Shown here one piece after another: positions 51,186 to 60,287 of a stretch of DNA of 64,000 nucleotides. The notes under the pieces are model-generated. The model ran no database searches. It was not told the origin of the DNA and was given only the letters and a program-made list of their open reading frames with translations. The stretch is from Candidatus Woesearchaeota archaeon (GTDB lineage: Archaea > Nanobdellota > Nanobdellia > Woesearchaeales > JAZDKJ01): positions 51,814-115,813 of the forward strand of contig JAZDKJ010000013.1 in NCBI GenBank assembly GCA_043803105.1, in the 5' to 3' direction. A program made the position numbers and the translations under genes. Each line of letters opens with the position of its first letter. The first letter of the stretch is position 1.

Positions 51186-52140
51186 TTTGAAGGCTCTCCC
51201 TAATCTCACCAACATTCACTGTTGAAGTGCCAACCTTACCAACAACAATGCCTGCAGCGTAGTTGCCGATAGTGGCAGCATCCTCTAAAGAGGCGCCAGC
51301 TGAAAGGGCAAGTGCAACAACAGCTGTCATAGTATCACCTGCGCCTGTAACATCATAGACTTCGCGTGCTTTTGTGGGCATGTGGGTTATTTCACCATTC
51401 TTGTTAAAGATTGACAAGCCTTTCTCACCACGAGTGATAATGATGCTAGAATTCATCTTGTTGACAAGGGCAACCCCAACCTCTTCCAGATTACCGTCGT
51501 TCACTTCCTCAACACCTGCAATGAGCATTGCCTCGTTATGGTTTGGCAGAAGCACTGTGGCACCGTTAAACAATTGAGCGTTCTTCGGTTTTGCATCAAC
51601 AATAACATGCTTTCCATATCTCTTGGCAAGGTCCAAAATGCAGGCTGCCACCTCTGATTGGATAACACCCTTGGCATAGTCAGAAACAATAATTGCATCA
51701 ACGTCGCGAATATTTGCTTCAATCGTGGACTTTAATCTCTTAATGACTCCTTCAGTCATACCGTCTATTTTCTCATAATCGATGCGGATCAATTGCTGGT
51801 TGTGGCTGATAATCCTGACTTTCTGAATTGTCGGCTTGGTGCTGTCAGTAACCAAGGTATCGGTCACGATACTCCTTTTCTGTAGCTCAGCCATCAAAAC
51901 CTTGGCTGCAGAATCATCGCCTACAAGGCCAACTACACGAACTAGGCCTCCCAACTCTGCAACATTATTTGCAACGTTTGCAGCGCCTCCAGGAGCATAG
52001 CTTTCTTTTTCCGCAACAACAATAGGTACAGGGGCTTCAGGAGATATCCTTGAGACCCTACCCCAGACATACTTGTCAAGCATCACATCGCCAATCACCA
52101 GAATCTTCTTGCCCATAAACCTGTCAAGATACTTTTTCAT
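51178..52140 (-). CDS. hldA: D-glycero-beta-D-manno-heptose-7-phosphate kinase (RfaE N-terminal domain)
   Basis: GDVMLDKY..G.VSRISPEAPVP, GGAANVA, QQLIRID, SDYAKG, VYDVTGAGDT, VVGKVGT. Confidence 0.92.
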   Translation of the reverse strand: MKKYLDRFMGKKILVIGDVMLDKYVWGRVSRISPEAPVPIVVAEKESYAPGGAANVANNVAELGGLVRVVGLVGDDSAAKVLMAELQKRSIVTDTLVTDSTKPTIQKVRIISHNQQLIRIDYEKIDGMTEGVIKRLKSTIEANIRDVDAIIVSDYAKGVIQSEVAACILDLAKRYGKHVIVDAKPKNAQLFNGATVLLPNHNEAMLIAGVEEVNDGNLEEVGVALVNKMNSSIIITRGEKGLSIFNKNGEITHMPTKAREVYDVTGAGDTMTAVVALALSAGASLEDAATIGNYAAGIVVGKVGTSTVNVGEIRESLQNE

Positions 52141-52141
52141 C

Positions 52142-53023
52142 TTACGCCTCCGTTACATAGTGGTAAAGAGTGGGAATTGTGCTTTCGTGCCGTGCGATAA
52201 CATTAAGGCCTTGGCCGGAAGTGGCAGTAGGCCTATTCAACACGTTAACTGTAGGACGGTAATGGCTGATCATATCAAGATTTGCTGCGGTGAAATTGCT
52301 TACCTTGTAACCAAGGTTCCTTGAGATGGAAAGTGCTTTTAGAAAGACCTCGGGAAGCACAACAGCAGAACCAAGATTAATGATGACTCCATCCTGCAGG
52401 GAGGCAACAGAGCCAACAAAGGTCTTGAAATCATTGTAAGAGGCCCTGCCGAGAGCAGCACCGTCACAGGAGGGATGCTGGTGAATAATATCAGTACCGA
52501 TCGCAACATGTACAGTCAGGGGTATGCCTAAAACACTGGCATGATAGAAGATACTGTATTCCTTGAATTTCAGGTTTTTGTCACGAACCAATCCGGCAAT
52601 GGCATCTCCATAACCAGCAGTTGATTCATTTATGGCTGTGTTCATCATCAAGGGTGTTTCCCTTGCCATTCCAAAACGACCGTCCTCAATTGACGAGGAG
52701 ACATCCTCGCTTGTAGCACCAATAAATGATATCTCAAAATCATGGATTGAGCCTGCACCAGTTGTTGCAAGATGCGAGATAAACCCCTGCCGCATCAGCT
52801 CGATGATATAGGGAGAGAGACCTAGCTTTATGAGATGCGCACCGAACATCAAGATAGTCTTACGCTTACCCTTCTTAGCCTGAATCATGGATTGCGCAAG
52901 CTTTTTTAGTGAGGGATCAGCGCAAGGCTCATATAGTGAATCAAGGCGCTTGAAATCCTTAACAGAGACAAGGTTCTTCCTTTCCTTGATAGGATAGGTG
53001 TTAAGCTTTTCCAGGTCAATCAT
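52142..53023 (-). CDS. Conserved protein, deoxyhypusine-synthase-like (DHS-like NAD-binding) fold, function unknown
   Basis: MFGAHLIK.GL, LATTGAGSIHDFE, TSEDV, HVAIGTD, GSAVVLPEVFLKAL. Translationally coupled between gmhA and hldA. Confidence 0.6.
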   Translation of the reverse strand: MIDLEKLNTYPIKERKNLVSVKDFKRLDSLYEPCADPSLKKLAQSMIQAKKGKRKTILMFGAHLIKLGLSPYIIELMRQGFISHLATTGAGSIHDFEISFIGATSEDVSSSIEDGRFGMARETPLMMNTAINESTAGYGDAIAGLVRDKNLKFKEYSIFYHASVLGIPLTVHVAIGTDIIHQHPSCDGAALGRASYNDFKTFVGSVASLQDGVIINLGSAVVLPEVFLKALSISRNLGYKVSNFTAANLDMISHYRPTVNVLNRPTATSGQGLNVIARHESTIPTLYHYVTEA

Positions 53024-53586
53024 CTGAAAAGTGCTCCCTCAACAAGCTCGCAGATAATATGAATGCACAGGATATGGGCTTCCTGCACCCTTGCAGTGCT
53101 TTTTGCCTGTATCAAAACCTCGATATCTGCTTTACCCTTCAAAAGACCACCATCCCTGCCATTAAGCGAGATAGTCCTTGCATGCAAGCGCTTCGCAGCA
53201 TCGATAGCGCCCACAATATTTGCAGAGTTGCCGCTCGTAGTAATGCCAATAAAGCAATCACCTTCCTGGCAGAGCGCCTCAACCTGCCTTTCAAATACCC
53301 TGTCAAAACCATAGTCGTTTGCTACTGCAGTCAGGATAGAGGAATCAGTGGTAAGAGCGATTGCTGGAAGTCCCTTTCTTTCCATCTTGAACCTGCCTAC
53401 GAGCTCAGCAACAAAATGCTGCGAATCTGCAGCACTTCCGCCGTTGCCAGCAACAAGAACCTTATGCTTAGATTTTAGACAGTCAATTATGGCTGTTGCT
53501 GCCTTCTCAAGCTGATCTGCATTCTCCAAGACCTGTTTCCTCAAGGAGAAATGCTCATCCACCAAATCAATAATCTGCTGTTTCAT
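53020..53586 (-). CDS. gmhA: Phosphoheptose isomerase
   Basis: GNGGSAADSQHFVAELVGRF, ANDYGF..VFERQVEA, TSGNS.N, RVQEAH. Confidence 0.95.
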   Translation of the reverse strand: MKQQIIDLVDEHFSLRKQVLENADQLEKAATAIIDCLKSKHKVLVAGNGGSAADSQHFVAELVGRFKMERKGLPAIALTTDSSILTAVANDYGFDRVFERQVEALCQEGDCFIGITTSGNSANIVGAIDAAKRLHARTISLNGRDGGLLKGKADIEVLIQAKSTARVQEAHILCIHIICELVEGALFR

Positions 53587-54722
53587 CTTCCCAATACCTC
53601 TTTGATCTTGTCGTGCACATCCTTCACCTTTATTGCATTCATGCACAACTGATATTCTCTCGAACCTTTCTTGTACAGGCAATCTGGAACCTGGCCCAAA
53701 TGAACGTTAATGCACGGGCTGAATCGGCAGACCTTGCCTTTATACACAGCACCGTTGTTCTTACCGAAAGGACCAAACCTGGCCGGAAGGTTAGGACCAA
53801 ACAAACCTATAGCAGGCACACCCTGGCAGGCTGCAATATGCATAGGGCCAGAATCATTTCCAACAAAAAGATTGATGGACTCGATCAGAGCGAAAAGCTG
53901 TGGCACATCAGTGGTTCCAGCAAGATTGATAGCACTCGATGAGTGTTCCATAAGAGAAATTGTTTCTGAAACCTCAGGGATTTCTGACTTTGCTCCAACA
54001 AAAACAACCTTGGCAGAATATTGCGCAACCAGAAGATCTGCCAATGCAGCAAAATTGTCCTTGGGCCATTTCCTGCATTGGGATGACTCTGCAGAGCCAA
54101 TGCCAAATCCCACAAGAAAGTCTTTCGGTTGCACGCCATGAGAATTCAAGAGGCGCTTTGCATATTGTTTTTTTCGAGCTGGAAGATTGACCTTTTCAAG
54201 GTGTGTTACCTTAGAGCTTACACCAAGGCTTCGAACCAGATCAAAATATGTTAGGGCAACATGCTGGTCATCACGGTAAGGGATTGCAGTATCGTAAAGC
54301 CTTGAGCGTGCCTGATTTGCATAACCTATAGAACTCTTGCCGAGAAAAAAACTCAGGATGGCGGAGACATTCAAGTATTCCTCCATGTCAATCACTACAT
54401 CAAATCGCTTGTAAAAGCGGAAAATCGACCTAATAACACTTGAGAAACCAAGGTTGAGTATGATGAGCTCGTCAATGAATGGCGCACCCTCGTAGACTGC
54501 TTTGTTCCTTTCTGTGGCGAGAACAGCCAGATGAGCTTTTGGGAACCTTGCCTTGGCAGCCTTAATCGCAGGCAAGGTCAATATGGTTTCACCAATCCCC
54601 CAGAGCTGGACAAAGAGAATGGATTTCTTAGAAACAGACATCTTTCTCTTGAAAGGCGCGAGCAGGTAACATGACAATGTGCCCAAATATTTGTCAGCAA
54701 ACTTGATAAACCCAATATTCAC
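53583..54722 (-). CDS. Glycosyltransferase family 9 (heptosyltransferase-like)
   Basis: GIGE, RKWPKDNF, NLAGTT, GNDSGPMHIAA, LFGP, SPC. Confidence 0.9.
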   Translation of the reverse strand: MNIGFIKFADKYLGTLSCYLLAPFKRKMSVSKKSILFVQLWGIGETILTLPAIKAAKARFPKAHLAVLATERNKAVYEGAPFIDELIILNLGFSSVIRSIFRFYKRFDVVIDMEEYLNVSAILSFFLGKSSIGYANQARSRLYDTAIPYRDDQHVALTYFDLVRSLGVSSKVTHLEKVNLPARKKQYAKRLLNSHGVQPKDFLVGFGIGSAESSQCRKWPKDNFAALADLLVAQYSAKVVFVGAKSEIPEVSETISLMEHSSSAINLAGTTDVPQLFALIESINLFVGNDSGPMHIAACQGVPAIGLFGPNLPARFGPFGKNNGAVYKGKVCRFSPCINVHLGQVPDCLYKKGSREYQLCMNAIKVKDVHDKIKEVLGR

Positions 54723-55060
54723 TTCTTTTCACCCACTTTCTTGAAAGCAATCTTTCTAACAATCTCCCCAATCCTCTTCTCGTTCTTCCGAACAATGCTA
54801 TAATTGTAAAAACTAATACCGATGAGGAACATAAACCCTAGGATGATAAAGAAATCAAGTGGCCGTTGCATCCGCAGCACATCACGGACGATGAAATTGA
54901 GGGATGTCGGGAAGAGGGAAAGGGCAAAAAAGAACAACCACAACACAGACCAAAATAATGATTCCCTGAAAGTTATCTGACTTCTCTTCCTATACAAAAA
55001 TGTTATGTAAAGCATGAACAAACCAAACAACATACCGAGTATCTGAATCCCAGCAATCAT
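54719..55060 (-). CDS. DUF2304-like small membrane protein (typical GT2 partner)
   Basis: Three TM segments, W..LW, FP, RP.D, C-terminal LVRKIA-like helix. Directly downstream of a GT2. Confidence 0.75.
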   Translation of the reverse strand: MIAGIQILGMLFGLFMLYITFLYRKRSQITFRESLFWSVLWLFFFALSLFPTSLNFIVRDVLRMQRPLDFFIILGFMFLIGISFYNYSIVRKNEKRIGEIVRKIAFKKVGEKK

Positions 55061-55716
55061 TTTCTCAACCTCCACGTCAACATATTTATTGCAATCTTGA
55101 TTCCATCAATAACTGTTGTGCCCTTATAAGTGTCGCCATAAATTGTTTCAATAGGGATCTGGACATAACGCAGATGGTGTTTCCCAATATTTGCGATCAT
55201 CTCTGATTCCATGCTGTAATCAGTGCTCTGCCACCTGAGCTTTGAGTATGCCTTTGCAGTAAAAGCACGAAAACCGCACTGTGTATCACGAAGGTCAATC
55301 TTGTAAAGAAGCATAGTAAACTTATTGATGAAAGCGTTACCGAAACGAAAGACAAGAGGCATGCAATCATTAGGTTTCCTGTAACCAAGAGCAACATCTG
55401 CCTTACGCAGGGCAGAGACAAAATTTGGTATTTCGACTGAATCATGCTGACCGTCTCCGTCCATTGCAATAATGCAACTTGCTCCATTCAAGACAGCGTA
55501 ATCACACCCAGTCTTGAGCGCGGCGCCCTTTCCGAGGTTGATAACGTGCCTCAGGACCAGGGCTCCGGCAGAGCTAGCCTGCGCACCGGTGTCATCAGTT
55601 GAACCGTCGTCAACGACTATAATTGAGGGCACATACCTACGAGCCCTGAGAAGCACATCATGTATCCTTCTCCCCTCATTACATGCAGGAATAACTAACC
55701 AAATCTTTTTGCCCAT
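55057..55716 (-). CDS. GT2 polyprenol-phosphate glycosyltransferase
   Basis: IPACNEG, VDDGSTD, NLGKGAAL, DGDGQH, DTQCGFRAF. Confidence 0.9.
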   Translation of the reverse strand: MGKKIWLVIPACNEGRRIHDVLLRARRYVPSIIVVDDGSTDDTGAQASSAGALVLRHVINLGKGAALKTGCDYAVLNGASCIIAMDGDGQHDSVEIPNFVSALRKADVALGYRKPNDCMPLVFRFGNAFINKFTMLLYKIDLRDTQCGFRAFTAKAYSKLRWQSTDYSMESEMIANIGKHHLRYVQIPIETIYGDTYKGTTVIDGIKIAINMLTWRLRK

Positions 55717-55753
55717 CTTCCCCGGAAGACTTCTAGAAGAGATATCCATGAGG

Positions 55754-58700
55754 TCATGATGCAGCAATTGTCTGATTTCTTACACCCAAGAGCTGGATGA
55801 TATGATAACCATAATCTGTCTTTACAACACCTGAATACTTCCCAACAGTGAGATTGAAGAGCACCTGGTTGAAAGGCCCAATTGTCTGCCCAGGCTTGAC
55901 CCAGCCAATGTCGCCGCCGTTCTGAGCGGTTGTATCAGTAGAATAGTTCTTGGCAAGAGCAGCAAAACTTGCACCGGCCTTGAGTTCTGCCAATATCTTA
56001 TCTGCCTCGGCAGAGTCATTAACGAGAATATGCCTGGCATGACGCTCCTCATGAAGCTTGGCCTGGTTCTTGACATCATCCATAATATTCACTGAAGAGC
56101 CCTGCCAATCTATCTTGTAAACATAGACTTCAGTTCCAAGCGGGCTTCTCTCATAGCTGAAGGGCTTAAAGTGGGTCAGGCTATGACCTGCCATGAAAAA
56201 TTGCCTTGTAAACATGCTCGCGGCAAGCTCTGGCTGCATTATCACACTGGAGTAGCCGGCACCCTTAGGCATCAAGACAGCTGAGTAAGGGATAGTATCA
56301 TTAACAAACTTCTTACGCAAAAGTCCAGTCAGTGTGGGAACAACCAATTCCTGGGGATGCTTCTTGCCTGCCTGGGTAAGCAGGTAAGCATCATAGGTGT
56401 TAAGGTCAACCTCAAGCCCATTATCACATTGAGCAACAGAGCCCTTTACATTGCACCCAGCAAGATTTGATGCATAGCTTGGCCAGGGTGCAATCCAGTC
56501 ATTAGAGCCAGTTGTAGGGTCAAGAGACTTGACCTTGTTGTAAGTATTCCTGGCATCTATGGCAGAGTAATTGAATTCTGACTGAAGATATGAGACTGCA
56601 GCAGCCTGGTCCATAAGCCTGACCTGGTTAAAAATCGTCGCCTTCCTGAAATCCCAGGAACCAAAATGAGCCCAGACCCCGCTCTTGCCAACCATATCCT
56701 CAGAGGCAATGAAGAAATCCTCTGGCGGATCACAATGGGTATAGTGCAGGACAACATCTACCTGTGCCTCAGTAAGGCCATACTGCTTGAGGGTCTTTGA
56801 GGCCTGAACCTTGTCTTGAACGAGAATGTCATTTAGGATTTCGACTGACCTATAGGGCTTCTGTATGACTTTATCGAGCTCGTCAAAAGCCTTGTACGAG
56901 CCGCAATCAAGCATACGCAAAATGCCAACAGCAAGATCCTCATTATCTGTAAGCAATGACTTACCAATCCAATAGGCCATAGGATAATCTTGCGAGGTTC
57001 CATCAAAGGTAACAGCCCTGTCAGCAAGGTACTTAAACCAATGACCGTAATCCCACCAGGAGTTTACTATTGCATCTTGTGATGAATTCTGGTTTATCTT
57101 TTGCAGAGAATCAACCCAGGCCCTGTTAATCAGAGGGATATCTTGCTTTGCAACGCTGTAGGCAGAGGCCACCATATTTCTTGGATAGATAAACACCAGG
57201 AACAAGATAAGCAAAAGGATTGCAGTCCTGGCAAGGTGCTTGTTTACTCCAAATTCCTTGATAGCCCACCTTGAGAAATTTGCATAAACAAAGGTTGAGG
57301 CAGCGGCAAGAGCTATGGCAAATGCAGGAACAAGAAGCAGAACCCACCTAACACCCTTTGTTGACGCGTAAATTGTAGCAATAAACCAAAAAGAAAGCAA
57401 AAAGACGTAAAACAGGTTATGGCGCTTTCCCTTATCCTTGGCAAAACCGATGACAACAATCCCTAGCAAGGCAACCAAGAAAAGAAAGGTTCCGCCCATG
57501 TTGTCGATGATTCCACTAAAATTTATTTCATTCTGCTCAGCAACAGTTGTAAAAACATTAGGCCAGACCTTTACTGTGCCAACATCTTTTATGCCTGAGA
57601 AACTCTTGGCGCCAGCAAACACTGCTGATGTGAAGGTACTAAATGTCAGGAATATGGATACAGCAATCAGAGATGAGACAAAAAACACAGCTGTAACCAC
57701 AAAGGCTTGTCTAACCACTGGAACAGCAAAGAAGGAAGTGAGACTTTTTTTCAAGGCTTGCAGATGAATCAGAGTAAGGTAAGCAATATAAAGTGCAGCG
57801 GCTATAAGTATGAAGTCGATAATAAACCACCAACCGCCCCATGCAAAGCTATACAAACCAACAAGAAAGCCAGAACCAAGGGCCAAGAAGACATTATGCT
57901 TCCACGTGCGGCCTTCAATTGCCTCGATGAAGAGCCATGTGATAATAAGGGGGAAGAACACGTTGTATGAATCAGTATCGCAGACACCGCCGCTAGACCT
58001 TACCAGGAAAGCCGGATGCAAGGCCATCACCAGGGCAGCAATAAATCCTGCAGTGTTTCCGCCAAAGCGGCGACCAATAAAAAACGCAGGGATAACACAC
58101 AAGGCAGAGACAAGAATTGGCATGAAGAAGCAAACCCTGTCAAGCTCGAAAGTGCTGTCAAAAACGTGCAAGAACTGATAACTATAAGCAAGTGCATAAG
58201 CATGAAACATGTCACCTGGAAGCGGCCTGCCAAGGGGAGCAATCATGTGGTCATCGATCTGCACTCCATTCACAATCTTGTCGCCAGGATAACCATGAGT
58301 CACAACATTGCGTGCATGTCGCAGCCAGTAGTAAGTGTCAATGTCAGGCAGATAGGTATGGCCATCGTTATCCTGCATTGCCTGCTTGAAATATTTAGAA
58401 GTCTCCTGAACCTGGAGGTCAACCTGGGCCTTCTGCTCCTGCATAAACTTCTGGAACTCTGAGGCAACAAACTGCTGCTTATTGGCATCAGGGAGATTAG
58501 GGTATTGCTGGTCCACCTGAGCACTTATCTGTGACTTGAAATAATTCTCAACACTGCTTTTTGCCCAGTCGTCAGTCACAGGGAGATCGAGCGAGATGTG
58601 CCTCAGCTGCACGCTAATAAGAATAGGAATAAGTATTAGGAATATGATTTGGTATCTGAGGAAGAAGCCAGAGATTTTCTTCCAGTCCAGACCTTCCTCT

Positions 58701-59155
58701 TCAGATGGTTTGTTATCCTTGCTGCGCTTGAAAAAACCCTTAATCTTGGTAAAATCTATCGAGACTTCATCGTCATCTTTAGCAGTTTCCTGTTTTACAG
58801 GTTCTTTCTTTGAATCCGACTTGAAGAACCTCTTGAGCTTGGAGAAATCGATTGCAATCTCCTCATCTTTTTCAAGGTCCTCGGCCTTCTGAAGGTGATC
58901 TTTTTCCTGGCGCAATGACTCAACAGCTTCCTCTTTCTTCTCAATCTGATGTTCTATCTTTGACTCAACATACTCTATCTTTGCCTTCTCATGCTTGAGG
59001 GTTTTGATGTCCTCTTGATCCTCTTTTATATCTTCATCTATCTTGGCCTCAGCCTCGGCAATCTCCTTTTTTGCCTGAACAGGCTTCTTCTTGGAGAAAA
59101 TGCGTTTTATCTTGGCAAAATCGATTGTTATCTCTTCGTCTTCATCTTTATCCAT
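55754..59155 (-). CDS. aglB: AglB/STT3 oligosaccharyltransferase with N-terminal charged repeat tail and C-terminal parvulin (PpiC) domain
   Basis: DIDTYYWLR, DTD, TVAE, SWWDYGHW, DMVGK. C-terminal ARHILV...FAALAKNYSTD...GGDIGW...KTDYGYHII. Confidence 0.95.
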   Translation of the reverse strand: MDKDEDEEITIDFAKIKRIFSKKKPVQAKKEIAEAEAKIDEDIKEDQEDIKTLKHEKAKIEYVESKIEHQIEKKEEAVESLRQEKDHLQKAEDLEKDEEIAIDFSKLKRFFKSDSKKEPVKQETAKDDDEVSIDFTKIKGFFKRSKDNKPSEEEGLDWKKISGFFLRYQIIFLILIPILISVQLRHISLDLPVTDDWAKSSVENYFKSQISAQVDQQYPNLPDANKQQFVASEFQKFMQEQKAQVDLQVQETSKYFKQAMQDNDGHTYLPDIDTYYWLRHARNVVTHGYPGDKIVNGVQIDDHMIAPLGRPLPGDMFHAYALAYSYQFLHVFDSTFELDRVCFFMPILVSALCVIPAFFIGRRFGGNTAGFIAALVMALHPAFLVRSSGGVCDTDSYNVFFPLIITWLFIEAIEGRTWKHNVFLALGSGFLVGLYSFAWGGWWFIIDFILIAAALYIAYLTLIHLQALKKSLTSFFAVPVVRQAFVVTAVFFVSSLIAVSIFLTFSTFTSAVFAGAKSFSGIKDVGTVKVWPNVFTTVAEQNEINFSGIIDNMGGTFLFLVALLGIVVIGFAKDKGKRHNLFYVFLLSFWFIATIYASTKGVRWVLLLVPAFAIALAAASTFVYANFSRWAIKEFGVNKHLARTAILLLILFLVFIYPRNMVASAYSVAKQDIPLINRAWVDSLQKINQNSSQDAIVNSWWDYGHWFKYLADRAVTFDGTSQDYPMAYWIGKSLLTDNEDLAVGILRMLDCGSYKAFDELDKVIQKPYRSVEILNDILVQDKVQASKTLKQYGLTEAQVDVVLHYTHCDPPEDFFIASEDMVGKSGVWAHFGSWDFRKATIFNQVRLMDQAAAVSYLQSEFNYSAIDARNTYNKVKSLDPTTGSNDWIAPWPSYASNLAGCNVKGSVAQCDNGLEVDLNTYDAYLLTQAGKKHPQELVVPTLTGLLRKKFVNDTIPYSAVLMPKGAGYSSVIMQPELAASMFTRQFFMAGHSLTHFKPFSYERSPLGTEVYVYKIDWQGSSVNIMDDVKNQAKLHEERHARHILVNDSAEADKILAELKAGASFAALAKNYSTDTTAQNGGDIGWVKPGQTIGPFNQVLFNLTVGKYSGVVKTDYGYHIIQLLGVRNQTIAAS
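58660..59140 (-). repeat. Four peptide repeats, E-(I/V)-x-I-D-F-x-K-(I/L)-K-x-F-F, in the AglB N-terminus
   Basis: EEITIDFAKIKRIF, EEIAIDFSKLKRFF, DEVSIDFTKIKGFF, EEGLDWKKISGFF (coordinates approximate). Confidence 0.85.
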
Positions 59156-59210
59156 GAAATCCCCAATAGAACAGAAAAGTCAACAATTTAAAAAGCTTTC
59201 TAATGAAAAA

Positions 59211-60287
59211 TCAGAGCAGGCAGCGAAGAAAGCAGAGGAGGCGCGGCTCTCTTAAAACAAGCTGTGCAGTCAGCCTAATTGGATGGTCCCTGTCGATTTT
59301 GGAGAAAACTGTTCTTACGCGAGGTTGGGAGCAAAGGTAAACAAGACGGTTATAATCAACAAGCGAAAAGCGATCAAGAATCTTCCTGGCCAGGAGATGG
59401 AGTCTCAAGTCTGAACCAAGCTCTCGACGGACTAAAGTTTCGTAGTCCTTTCCTCCCAAAATCGATCTTGCAAGACATGAGGCAGCAGTCAGTCCAGAAA
59501 CAAGGCCTCCTGCGCTGGTTGCTTTTACCTGGGCTGCTGCGTCTCCCACAAGAAAGACAGTCCTTTCTTGGTTTTGAACTTTGATAGCAGGATTATATCT
59601 TGGTACAAGACCTGCCTGCCTGCTGATGACTTGGCAATGAGGTGCGCGTTCACTAATGAACTTGTCGAATAGCGGCCGAGGGTTGTTTTCAGAAAGAACT
59701 CCAATCCGAGCAATGGATCTGCTCTCAGGGACAACCCATGCAAAAGTGCCCAAGAAAGGATAAAACTCAATCACATTGTCATTCTTAAGCTTTACACTTG
59801 CTTGCATGCCAGTCCAGAACCTCCGCTTACCAAAAAGCTGGTAGACATGAGCAACTTTCGATAAAGGACCATCAGAACCAACAACTAGGTCAGTTGAAAC
59901 TGTGCGGGGCTTGCCGTTGTTATCAAGCAAGATGCCTGTCCTCGACTTGGAGACAAATCTATGCGAAAGATGAAGCCTGGCACCTGAGGCAACAGCGAGG
60001 TCTGCAAGCCGACGATCAAATCGAGACCTGTCAAGCACAAAATCATTGATATCAATGTCAAAACAAGTCTTGTCAGGTGAAAAAATCCTGGCATGTGAAA
60101 CATCATTCAATATAAGGTCTTCATCTAAAGGCAGCACCTGCTTAATTGAATTTGTGACAAGCCCAGTGCATTGCAGAGGCGTGCCTAGTGATCGATGATT
60201 CTCAAAGAGTTGCACTTTCTCTCCCTTGCTTGCAAGAAGATGAGCAGCAAAACAACCAACAGGGCCTGCACCAACCACCGTAATCAT
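59211..60287 (-). CDS. Geranylgeranyl reductase family FAD-dependent oxidoreductase
   Basis: VVGAGPVG, CTG, LDRSRFD, GSDG, FAWVVP, VGDAAAQVK..SAGG. Confidence 0.88.
   Translation of the reverse strand: MITVVGAGPVGCFAAHLLASKGEKVQLFENHRSLGTPLQCTGLVTNSIKQVLPLDEDLILNDVSHARIFSPDKTCFDIDINDFVLDRSRFDRRLADLAVASGARLHLSHRFVSKSRTGILLDNNGKPRTVSTDLVVGSDGPLSKVAHVYQLFGKRRFWTGMQASVKLKNDNVIEFYPFLGTFAWVVPESRSIARIGVLSENNPRPLFDKFISERAPHCQVISRQAGLVPRYNPAIKVQNQERTVFLVGDAAAQVKATSAGGLVSGLTAASCLARSILGGKDYETLVRRELGSDLRLHLLARKILDRFSLVDYNRLVYLCSQPRVRTVFSKIDRDHPIRLTAQLVLREPRLLCFLRCLL

Noticed and set aside
50685-54722. Bacterial LPS locus or contamination
   Set aside because: The genes are translationally coupled in the aglB run, share the local codon bias, and no lipid A or Kdo genes are present.
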